Of a stretch of 64,000 bases of DNA, positions 28,869-36,673 are shown in pieces. The translations under genes and the position numbers were made by a program. The notes beneath the pieces were generated by a model. That model had not been told where the DNA came from. It searched no databases and saw only the letters and a list, made by a program, of their open reading frames with translations. Position 1 is the first letter of the stretch, and each line of letters opens with the position of its first letter. This DNA comes from Candidatus Gastranaerophilales bacterium (GTDB lineage: Bacteria > Cyanobacteriota > Vampirovibrionia > Gastranaerophilales > Gastranaerophilaceae): positions 10,727-74,726 of the forward strand of contig CALURJ010000008.1 in the NCBI GenBank assembly GCA_944323145.1. Direction: 5' to 3'.

Positions 28869-29927
28869 TTACTTGTAACTCTCTAAAAGCATTTGTTTAG
28901 ATGTCTTGCCGCCTTTTTCAACTGTATTCGCCCCGCATGAAATGCCTGAATCAACTTTCAGATTATAGCCGTCAGAAGAGCTAATCCCAAATTGAAACAA
29001 ATCGTATCCCCATTTATTAGGCCCTTTTCTACCGTTAATGTCTATGGCAAACATTGGATAGCTTCCTTCATAACACCACATCATTATGGTACCGTCTGAT
29101 AGAACCCAGACCATATTCGAATTTGAAATTGAGCTTTTTGTAAAGCAGGTGCAGCCTTTAGTAGAATTTTCAATTTCTTCTTCTGTTGCGTCAGGATTAT
29201 TTTCCGCAAAAATTTCATTATTCCCTTTGTATTCAGGGATACAGCCGTTGTTCAATGCATTCCCGTTACATTCTTTTATTATTGACATGTTTTTCTTTAG
29301 TTCTTGAGCCGCAGCTTTGCATTTTCTGCTTCCATCGCTAGTATTTCCTGCATGGTCGGGATAATAACATTCCGGAGCGTAGCCTAAATTATATTCTAAA
29401 GTTTTGTATGCATTTTGAATGGTGTTATAACTTTTTAAAAATTGTTTTTGCAAAACTTTTTGCTGATATTTCGCAGTAACCGCAGGTATAGTCATAGCCG
29501 CGACCACACCGATAATTCCGAGGGTGATAAGTACCTCCGCCAAAGTAAATGCAGCTCGACGGATATTGTGAGAGTAGGCTACGTGCGCAGCACCTTCTCC
29601 TGTGGGAGAGGGATGGGGTGAGGGTTCTTTTTCCCCTCCCTTGAGGGGAGGGGAAGTAAAGGGGTGGGTGAGATCAGAAGAACAGAAGACCGGAGGGCAG
29701 GAAGTCAGGCTAAAATTAGATGCAAAGATGCAAGGATGCATAGAGGCAAAGCTATTATCAATAATAAATTTTGTCCATGTTTTACCTAAATAGCTATAAA
29801 CGAAAATAGCCTGACCTCTTGACCTCTTGACCTCCGACCTTCCATCTAGCAACTTAGCTGCATCAATTTCTATCGTGTACGCGCTTTCGGGGGGGGGGCC
29901 GATTTTCAGCTGGTCATTCTCAACCAT
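28869..29927 (-). CDS. Pilin-like protein B with prepilin-type N-terminal motif and about 125-codon leader (phase-ON)
   Basis: RBS AAGAGGAG (29943-29936) and ATG 29927. A C10 tract is read as GPPP. The ORF stays open through the GC-rich cassette into RRAAFTLAEVLITLGIIGVVAA (motif at 29553-29533). The C-terminus has DINGRKGPNKWGYDLF, shared with locus A. The true start is uncertain. Confidence 0.6.
   Translation of the reverse strand: MVENDQLKIGPPPESAYTIEIDAAKLLDGRSEVKRSRGQAIFVYSYLGKTWTKFIIDNSFASMHPCIFASNFSLTSCPPVFCSSDLTHPFTSPPLKGGEKEPSPHPSPTGEGAAHVAYSHNIRRAAFTLAEVLITLGIIGVVAAMTIPAVTAKYQQKVLQKQFLKSYNTIQNAYKTLEYNLGYAPECYYPDHAGNTSDGSRKCKAAAQELKKNMSIIKECNGNALNNGCIPEYKGNNEIFAENNPDATEEEIENSTKGCTCFTKSSISNSNMVWVLSDGTIMMWCYEGSYPMFAIDINGRKGPNKWGYDLFQFGISSSDGYNLKVDSGISCGANTVEKGGKTSKQMLLESYK
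29554..29888 (-). repeat. Leader cassette copy B
   Basis: Gene-sense modules in order: ggaaggtc/ggaggtca/agaggtca/agaggtca array, about 70-nt AT-rich core, gcatcctt/gcatcttt/gcatctaa array, pyrimidine array tgacttcc/tgccctcc/ggtcttct/gttcttct, hairpin cccctccc-ctcaa-gggagggg, and a small gtgc-tgc-gcac hairpin. Confidence 0.65.
29889..29898 (-). repeat. C10 (G10 on + strand) homopolymer tract in the 5' coding region
   Basis: Ten consecutive G on the + strand, 27 nt after ATG 29927. At this length the ORF is in frame. Confidence 0.8.
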
Positions 29928-29960
29928 AATAAAACTCCTCTTAATCATACAATATATTTT

Positions 29961-29989
29961 ATTATTTAATATTTTTTGATATTTGTCAA
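29961..29989 (-). promoter_or_regulatory. Sigma70-type promoter of pilin-like gene B
   Basis: On the minus strand: TTGACA (29989-29984), 17-bp spacer, AATAAT (29966-29961). It lies about 20 nt upstream of the RBS. Confidence 0.5.
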
Positions 29990-30005
29990 TATTAAAATAA
30001 AAAAA

Positions 30006-30025
30006 GACGTGAATTATCACACGTC
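30006..30025. terminator. Hairpin terminator downstream of UDG gene
   Basis: gacgtg-aattatca-cacgtc flanked by an A run and a T run (aaaaagacgtg...cacgtctttttt). Confidence 0.55.
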
Positions 30026-30052
30026 TTTTTTGTAATAGACATTTGTTATAAC

Positions 30053-30718
30053 TTAAACTAAAGCAAGTTCTTTTGCTTCCATAAATTCTACACTATTGCC
30101 ATCATTAAAGTGGTCAACATCCGGCAGAATAGTGTCTTTAATATTTTTTAAATCAATCTGCATTAATCTTCTTGGAGAACCTTCTTCCATTGAGCGGTTT
30201 CTCAAAAGATATGACGGGTGGAATATTGTTATAGCTTTGTAGTCTTTTCCGTCAACATTAATTGTCATCCACTGGCCTCTGACTTTTGAGATTGTCTGTT
30301 TTTTATCAAGGTTAACAAAAGATTTTAATGCTGTAGCTCCGCATAAAACAATTGCACGCGGATTGATAATATCAATTTGAGCGTTTAAAAATTTTCTGCA
30401 AGCTGCTTTTTCATCATCTGTAGGAACTCTGTTTTCAGGAGGTCTGCATTTTACAGTGTTAATCATATAAATATCTTCTTCTCTTGAAATCCCTGCTTCT
30501 GCAAGAAATTCATTCAAAAGTTGTCCGGCACGCCCTACAAATGGTCTGCCTAATTCATCTTCCATCTCTCCAGGTGCCTCTCCTATGAATACAACTTTGG
30601 CAGTAGAAGGATTTCCGTCAGAAAATACTACATTTTTACGGGTTTTGCCGAGCGCGCATGCCGTACATTTGTTACACTTTGAGCTTACTATCTCCAGACA
30701 ATCTTTCTTCATTTTCAT
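30053..30718 (-). CDS. Uracil-DNA glycosylase, family 4
   Basis: 221 aa. N-terminal Cys cluster CNKCTAC, GEAPGEMEDELGRPFVGRAGQLL and HPSYLLR motifs. Confidence 0.9.
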   Translation of the reverse strand: MKMKKDCLEIVSSKCNKCTACALGKTRKNVVFSDGNPSTAKVVFIGEAPGEMEDELGRPFVGRAGQLLNEFLAEAGISREEDIYMINTVKCRPPENRVPTDDEKAACRKFLNAQIDIINPRAIVLCGATALKSFVNLDKKQTISKVRGQWMTINVDGKDYKAITIFHPSYLLRNRSMEEGSPRRLMQIDLKNIKDTILPDVDHFNDGNSVEFMEAKELALV

Positions 30719-32183
30719 CTCTCTCCTCTTTAAATAATCCTACATTATATTTTTTACAATATCTTTTTAATTCTTTCATGATTACATCAGATAACATGAA
30801 TACTGCTATTAAGTTTGGCACAGCCAAGAATAAAGTAAATGCATCAGATAGATTAATTATACTTTTAAAGTTCATGGCAGAACCTATAATAATGAATAAA
30901 CAATATATAACCTGAAAAGTCCGTGTTGTCAATTTTGTATCGCCAAATAAATAATTCCACGCTTTAATTCCGTAATATGAACCGCAAAGCATTGTGGACA
31001 GTACAAAACAACTTGCCATAAATGTTAACAAAATCGGGAAAAACGGACATACACTTCCGAATGCTTTAGATGTTAATTCAATGCCTGCAATACCTGTTGT
31101 ATTCAAGTATTCACCGGAAACAACTATGACAAAAGCGGTCGCAGAGCCTACAATAACAGTATCAACAAAAGGCTGAAGCATTGCAATAAAGGCTTGAGCA
31201 ACCGGATTATTTGTTTTTACGGCGGAAAATGCAATAGGAGCAGTTCCAAGCCCTGCTTCATTTGCGAACATTGCACGGCGAAATCCCCATAACATGCACA
31301 TCATCCATCCGCCGGCTAATGCTTTTGGATGAAATGCTTCTTTTAAAATTACACTGAATGTATGAGGAACATGTCCAATATTATACAGACAAACTGCAAA
31401 AGCTGTGAGAACATATAAAGTGCACATAACCGGTGTTACTTTTGAAGTAAATTTTCCTATAGCTTTTATCCCGCCGATTATGGTAAAATAGGTTATAACT
31501 GCAACTATTAATCCTAAAAGCCAGCTTTGATGAGCAAAAAAGCTATTTTCTCCGCCGGTAACTTCAGTAAGCTGGGTTGTCATTGCATTTATTTGGAATA
31601 AATTCCATCCGCCTATCATTGCAAAAATACAGCATACGGCATAAATTTTTGAAAGATGCGGTGCAAATTTTCCTATGTATTTGTTATTTTTTAAAGCTCC
31701 CTCAATGTAATACATTGGCCCGCCCGCTATTGTTCCGTCAGGATTAACTTTACGAAATTTCAATCCGAGAAGAACTTCCGCAAACTTTAAAGCCATTGAG
31801 AAAAAACCGGCCATAATCATCCAAAAAATGACACCCGGCCCGCCTATTGATACGGCAGCAGCAGATCCTGCAACATTTCCTATTCCGGCAGATGCTGAAA
31901 TTGTTGCAGTAAGAGCCTGAAATGATGAAACTTCGCCTTTTTTCTTTTTAACACGTATTTCTTTATGTTCGTAGTTTTTAGTAATCAGTTTAATTGCGTG
32001 TTTAAATCCCCAAATTCCGATAAAACGAGTTCTGATTGTAAAATAAAATGCGGCAATCATTAAAAGGGCAACGAGAAATTCAATTCTAACCCCGTTAATG
32101 GTGATAGAACTAAAGATAATCCCTGAAATTTTATCGGCTATCGGAGATAAAAATGTATCTATGGCTGTGTCTAAATTCATCAA
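30672..32183 (-). CDS. Alanine/glycine:cation symporter (AGCS family)
   Basis: 503 aa, polytopic. The GGPGVIFWMIMAGFF and FANEAGLGTAPIA motifs are typical of AGCS. Confidence 0.9.
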   Translation of the reverse strand: MMNLDTAIDTFLSPIADKISGIIFSSITINGVRIEFLVALLMIAAFYFTIRTRFIGIWGFKHAIKLITKNYEHKEIRVKKKKGEVSSFQALTATISASAGIGNVAGSAAAVSIGGPGVIFWMIMAGFFSMALKFAEVLLGLKFRKVNPDGTIAGGPMYYIEGALKNNKYIGKFAPHLSKIYAVCCIFAMIGGWNLFQINAMTTQLTEVTGGENSFFAHQSWLLGLIVAVITYFTIIGGIKAIGKFTSKVTPVMCTLYVLTAFAVCLYNIGHVPHTFSVILKEAFHPKALAGGWMMCMLWGFRRAMFANEAGLGTAPIAFSAVKTNNPVAQAFIAMLQPFVDTVIVGSATAFVIVVSGEYLNTTGIAGIELTSKAFGSVCPFFPILLTFMASCFVLSTMLCGSYYGIKAWNYLFGDTKLTTRTFQVIYCLFIIIGSAMNFKSIINLSDAFTLFLAVPNLIAVFMLSDVIMKELKRYCKKYNVGLFKEERDENEERLSGDSKLKV

Positions 32184-32229
32184 TTTAATTATACAACAAA
32201 CAAAATATTAATTTATTTTAAAACATAAG

Positions 32230-32500
32230 ATATGTTATTAGAAGTCGATAAGTCGATAAGACGTTAAGACGTTAAGTCATTACGGTGCGCTTCGCGCACG
32301 TAAAAATTTTCCTTCCCTAGCTAGGGAAGGCTAGGATGGGTGATAATTAGAGGCGAAGAGGCATAGATGCTAAGAGGCAAAGCTAGTATCAATAATGAAT
32401 TTTGCTGCAATTTTACCAAAATATCTATAAATGAAAACAGCCTGCCCTCTTACCCTCCTATCCTCTGTAGGCGTATATTTCCCTCTCTTGAGAGAGGAAA
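32230..32500 (-). repeat. Orphan leader cassette copy C (no pilin body)
   Basis: Collinear with copy B: purine array ggatagga/gggtaaga/gggcagg, a near-identical AT-rich core, and a gcctct arrays module. Then hairpins ccttccc-tagcta-gggaagg (32311-32330) and gtgcgc-ttc-gcgcac (32285-32299). Then exact 8-mer tandem repeats agtcgata x2 and agacgtta x2 (32242-32285). Contains in-frame stops. Confidence 0.65.
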
Positions 32501-32518
32501 ATATACTAATAACATATC

Positions 32519-33295
32519 TTATGACACTTTTGAAAGTGTATTGTTATTCACATGATTTACAAGTGCTTTGAAAATAAAAGGATGGAGTTTTCCTTCTTTT
32601 ACATCCTGATAAATTATTGTCAATGCCTGTTTAGGGCTCATAGCCTCTTTATATACGCGATTTTCAGTAAGTGCAGAATATTTATCCGAAGCAGAAAGAA
32701 TTTGCAGGTTTAAATCTGCATTAAAATCATTGCCTACCCAAGGATATCCTGTTTTTTTCGCATTTTGATGATGATTACGCACAAGATTCAATGTTACTGG
32801 TGAAATATCTGTTGTTTTAAGCATTTCATACCCGAGTTGAGAGTGCGTATGCATAATTTTTATTTCGTTCTCGTCGAGTTTTGCGGCTTTGTTTAAAATA
32901 TTTTCAGGAATTAGGACTTTGCCTATATCATGAAGATATGCAGCGTCATCTATGGCTTTTAAGTCTACTTTATTTCTTAGAGAAAATGGTAAATTTTCAG
33001 CTATTCCTTTTGCAATTTTTTGAGTATCCGAGGCGTGCTTATTTAAAAGTTCTTTAAGTTCCTGGATATTTAACTGCATTTGCGGGTTAAAGTTTTTGAC
33101 AATTTTTTTAATTTTTGGATTGGAGTTAATCATTCTGTTTATCGCAGCTTCCGTTGTGTAACGCTCAACGGATTGTCTTTCAAAGGTGTCTGAAACACTA
33201 TTTTGACCGAAACCTGTATTATATCTGTTCCGGTTAATATAAATATTTGAACTTATTCCGCCCACACCAAGCGGTCTTGATATTTCCAGTCCCAT
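32519..33295 (-). CDS. HD-GYP domain protein (putative c-di-GMP phosphodiesterase)
   Basis: 258 aa. HDIGKVLIP...HTHSQLGYEML...HHQNAKKTGYPW motifs. Confidence 0.8.
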   Translation of the reverse strand: MGLEISRPLGVGGISSNIYINRNRYNTGFGQNSVSDTFERQSVERYTTEAAINRMINSNPKIKKIVKNFNPQMQLNIQELKELLNKHASDTQKIAKGIAENLPFSLRNKVDLKAIDDAAYLHDIGKVLIPENILNKAAKLDENEIKIMHTHSQLGYEMLKTTDISPVTLNLVRNHHQNAKKTGYPWVGNDFNADLNLQILSASDKYSALTENRVYKEAMSPKQALTIIYQDVKEGKLHPFIFKALVNHVNNNTLSKVS

Positions 33296-33430
33296 GAAAA
33301 TTTCACACTACAATTTATCTACACTACTATATATTTATAAAGTAATTATTTGATGCCGAAATTGCTTGAATACAAAAATATGTGTACAATTTTTAACATA
33401 ATTTTTTATATTAATTTTATGTGTTAATAT

Positions 33431-34381
33431 TTGAATATGAATATTATAAAAAATGTTTTGATATGCGGCATCGGTGCAATCGGAAGTATTTATGCAGATA
33501 AAATTCAGAGTTATGATAATGATTCATTAAGAGTTCTTGTTGATAAAGACAGGCTTCAGAGATATTTGGATAATCCTACTATATTTAACGACAGAGTTCT
33601 TAACTTTAACTACATTTTGCCTGATAATAATAATTTTAAGGCTGATTTAATTATAATTGCTACAAAATTTGAAGGTTTAAATGAAGCTTTAAATAATATA
33701 AAAAATTTTGTTAAAGATGATACAATAATTTTATCGCTTTTGAACGGGGTGACAAGTGAATGGCTGATTGCAGAAAAATACGGGAGAGAAAAACTCCTTT
33801 ATTCTTATTTTATAGGGCACAGTGCAGTACGAGAAGGACGAAAAATTATCCATGATGATGTAAACACTATTGTTTACGGTTCTGAAAATTCTGATGATAT
33901 TGAAAATGTTGAGCGATTAAAGGAATATTTTGAACAGGTTGGAATTAACTATTCAATACCTGACGATATACTCCATTCTCTATGGTTAAAATTTATGTTG
34001 AATGTTGCGGCCAATCAAACAACTGCAATTCTCGGGCTTACTTTCGGAGAGCTGCTTAAAAATTCAAAAGCAATGGAATTTGTAAGACATATTTTAAAAG
34101 AGGTTCAATTTCTTGCAAAAGCGGAAGGTGTTAATAACACAGACGTGATGATTGATGAAACAATTGAACATCTTCATACTATGATTCCCGAAGGCAAAAC
34201 ATCAATGCTTCAGGATGTTGAGGCCGGCAGAAAAACAGAGGTTGATATGTTTGCGGGAACAGTTATAGAACTGGGGCGCAAACTTAATATTGAAACACCT
34301 TACAATAAAGTATTAAAAGAACTTATTGATATAATTTATGAAAAGCAACGGTTGGAAAAAGAACAATTGTCTGCGATTTAA
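33431..34381 (+). CDS. panE: 2-dehydropantoate 2-reductase (ketopantoate reductase)
   Basis: 316 aa. N-terminal GIGAIGS Rossmann motif, and the C-terminal ApbA/PanE pattern (KTSMLQDVEAGRKTEVD). Confidence 0.8.
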   Translation: MNMNIIKNVLICGIGAIGSIYADKIQSYDNDSLRVLVDKDRLQRYLDNPTIFNDRVLNFNYILPDNNNFKADLIIIATKFEGLNEALNNIKNFVKDDTIILSLLNGVTSEWLIAEKYGREKLLYSYFIGHSAVREGRKIIHDDVNTIVYGSENSDDIENVERLKEYFEQVGINYSIPDDILHSLWLKFMLNVAANQTTAILGLTFGELLKNSKAMEFVRHILKEVQFLAKAEGVNNTDVMIDETIEHLHTMIPEGKTSMLQDVEAGRKTEVDMFAGTVIELGRKLNIETPYNKVLKELIDIIYEKQRLEKEQLSAI

Positions 34382-34611
34382 TAATTTCCTTCAAGCATTT
34401 GTTTGTTATAGTCTATTGTTTGCTGACGGATATTTTCTATTTCATTTACAGTTTGGTCAACATGTTCCTGAACGCTTTGCTGATTTACCGGGGAATCATT
34501 TATTTTTAAGGAAGAAACGCCTTTAAAGGCATTCATTCCTATAATAAATATAAATGATACAATTACAAGACCGATTAAAAGGTCAATAGCCCCAAATGCT
34601 TTGTATTTCAT
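34378..34611 (-). CDS. Small membrane protein
   Basis: 77 aa, with a single N-terminal TM helix (AIDLLIGLVIVSFIFIIGM). Last gene of the RNase E/G operon. Confidence 0.4.
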   Translation of the reverse strand: MKYKAFGAIDLLIGLVIVSFIFIIGMNAFKGVSSLKINDSPVNQQSVQEHVDQTVNEIENIRQQTIDYNKQMLEGNY

Positions 34612-34622
34612 TATTTACCCCT

Positions 34623-34913
34623 TTATGTCAATTTGTTTTTATGAATAAAAAATTGGATAGCTTCTTGTGCAGTTTTTGGAGTTTTTAATATTTCTTTTTC
34701 ATTTGTATAATATTCTTTATTTATTCCAAGAAGTCTTTTATACATTGACAAACCTAGGAAAATTACCAGTGCTGATAATAGAACCCCGCCCATAGCAAGC
34801 GCAAATTTACCTGTTACATAATGCAAAACAGCAGTGCGGGTTTGCTCACACAATCCCGCATTTGCTGTTAATAATATAAAAGTAAGCAATGTATGAAATA
34901 CTTTATTCTTCAA
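34623..34913 (-). CDS. Small membrane protein
   Basis: 96 aa with a signal-like N-terminus plus a TM helix. Overlaps the end of the RNase E/G gene. Confidence 0.4.
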   Translation of the reverse strand: MKNKVFHTLLTFILLTANAGLCEQTRTAVLHYVTGKFALAMGGVLLSALVIFLGLSMYKRLLGINKEYYTNEKEILKTPKTAQEAIQFFIHKNKLT

Positions 34914-36660
34914 CTTTTTCCTCTTTAGTTTTTTTAGTTCTTGTTTTTCTTGTTTTGGAAGCTCCGCGGTTTGGTCTGCGCGTTTTTTTAGGTTTTTCTT
35001 CTACAGAAGCTTCACTCTGAATATTGTCTGTTTGTTCTTCAGTCTTAACTTCTTCAACTTCCATAACAGGTTTTATTTCTTCATTCGGAGCCAAAACGGT
35101 TTCAGCAGTTTCTATTGTCGGTTCAACAGTTATTTCCTGCTCCGGTTTCTTTTCAAATTTGTTCTTTCTTCCGCCGCGTTTTTTCTTATTTTCTCTTTTT
35201 TCTGTTTCCTGAATTGCAACAGTTGACGGATTTTCGGTTTCTATTTCAACATTAGGAGTCTGTTGAATTTCTTCAACAACTTGTGTTTCAGGAGCCGGCT
35301 GATTTTGATTTTTGTTCTGGTTATTTTTGTTATTCTTTTTGAAATTATTAACCGGCAGTTTCATTTTTGCGGCTTTAGCTCTGTATTCACCTTCGGCAGT
35401 CGGTGTCGCAAAGTTAAATTCATTCATAAAATAACCTGTTCCCTGACAGTGCGGGCATTTTTTAGTAAATATTTCAGATAAAGACTGTCCCTGTCTGTGT
35501 CTTGTAAGTTCAACAAGCCCTAAATCCGAAAGCTGACCTACCTGCGGTTTTGCTTTATCAGGCTCAAGCGCAATTTCAAGTTCTTCCATAATAGCAAGTT
35601 TGTCGGCGCGCGAAAGCATATCAATAAAGTCGATAATAATCATACCGCCTATATTTCTTAAACGCAGCTGTCTTGCAATTTCATGTACTGCTTCAATATT
35701 TGTTTTCAGAATTGTTTCATCCTGAGTTGATGAACTTGTGAATTTACCGCTGTTTACATCAATTACCGTCAGCGCTTCTGTTGTCTGTATAAATAAGTAT
35801 CCGCCTGATGGCATATTAACTTTTACATTTAATGCGGCTTTAATTTCTTTATGAACATCTGTTGCTATAAGGAGCGGTTCAGTCCCTTTGTATAAAGTTA
35901 CCTGAACATTTTTGTTCATGTGCCAGTTTTGTAAAATATTTTGGACTCTTTGGAGTGCAAAAGCCGTGTCAACTACTATTTCTTTTACATCTTCGGTGCA
36001 TGCCTCCCTGATGGTTCTATACAGTAAGTCCTGATCTCTGTATAATAGGTTCGGCGGGGTTACGGTTTCCGCTGATGTAATAATGTTATTCCATTTTTCA
36101 AGCAGAATTTCCAAATCTTCCTGAATATCTGCTTCAGTCTGTCCTTCGGCTTCTGTTCTTATAATTACGCCGACTCCTACTGGTTTAATAAGGCTTACTA
36201 TAGCTTTTAGTCTTGCTCTTTCTTTTGAATTTTCAATTTTTTTACTGATGTTAATTCCGGGTTCATTCGGCATTAATACGAGAAATCTTCCGGGAAGGCT
36301 GATTTCTGTAGTAACTCTCGGGCCTTTATGCCCTGTGGGCTCTTTAACAACCTGAACAATAAGTTTTTGTTTCGGGGAAAGTTTATCTTTTAAAGAACCT
36401 TTGCCCATAACATCCTGAGCGTGTAAAAAACCCATTTTATCAACGCCGACATTTACAAATGCCGCATCAATACTCGGTAAAATGTTGTCCACAGTTGCAA
36501 GATATACATCGCCAAGAATTACATCTCCTCTTGAAATGAAAAAATCCGTTACCTTTCCGTTTTCCATAACGGCAGCGATGTTGTCGCGTTCAGCAATAAT
36601 AATTTTTTTGTCAACATGCGTATTTTGCTGAGAATTTTTGTTGTGTTTGTCGTTTGCCAT
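34903..36660 (-). CDS. Ribonuclease E/G family endoribonuclease with disordered C-terminal tail
   Basis: 585 aa. S1 domain (GDVYLATVDNILPSIDAAFVNVG), DNase-I-like core (VIDVNSGKF), and Zn-link CPHCQGTGY. The C-terminus is a K/E/N/Q-rich low-complexity region. Confidence 0.9.
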   Translation of the reverse strand: MANDKHNKNSQQNTHVDKKIIIAERDNIAAVMENGKVTDFFISRGDVILGDVYLATVDNILPSIDAAFVNVGVDKMGFLHAQDVMGKGSLKDKLSPKQKLIVQVVKEPTGHKGPRVTTEISLPGRFLVLMPNEPGINISKKIENSKERARLKAIVSLIKPVGVGVIIRTEAEGQTEADIQEDLEILLEKWNNIITSAETVTPPNLLYRDQDLLYRTIREACTEDVKEIVVDTAFALQRVQNILQNWHMNKNVQVTLYKGTEPLLIATDVHKEIKAALNVKVNMPSGGYLFIQTTEALTVIDVNSGKFTSSSTQDETILKTNIEAVHEIARQLRLRNIGGMIIIDFIDMLSRADKLAIMEELEIALEPDKAKPQVGQLSDLGLVELTRHRQGQSLSEIFTKKCPHCQGTGYFMNEFNFATPTAEGEYRAKAAKMKLPVNNFKKNNKNNQNKNQNQPAPETQVVEEIQQTPNVEIETENPSTVAIQETEKRENKKKRGGRKNKFEKKPEQEITVEPTIETAETVLAPNEEIKPVMEVEEVKTEEQTDNIQSEASVEEKPKKTRRPNRGASKTRKTRTKKTKEEKVEE

Positions 36661-36673
36661 AAAAAATCCTTTA

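Noticed and set aside
29086-29793. Plus-strand ORFs 29086..29307 and 29602..29793, and the + strand ORF 32367..32555.
   Set aside because: They are antisense to pilin B or lie within the orphan cassette. They stay open only because the GC-rich repeat lacks stops. They have no RBS and give nonsensical low-complexity peptides.
30672-30718. The 47-nt overlap between the AGCS symporter 3' end and the UDG start, as a possible programmed frameshift or fusion.
   Set aside because: Both ORFs are complete with family-typical termini. The overlap is most simply explained by a UDG start at this or a nearby ATG, and there is no slippery site.
32242-32285. A possible CRISPR array, suggested by the short exact tandem repeats and the 79-bp direct repeats at 63313-63519.
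   Set aside because: The repeat units are 8 nt with no spacers, or there are only two 79-bp copies, one of which overlaps a tRNA. There are no 25-40-nt repeat/spacer periodicity and no cas genes.
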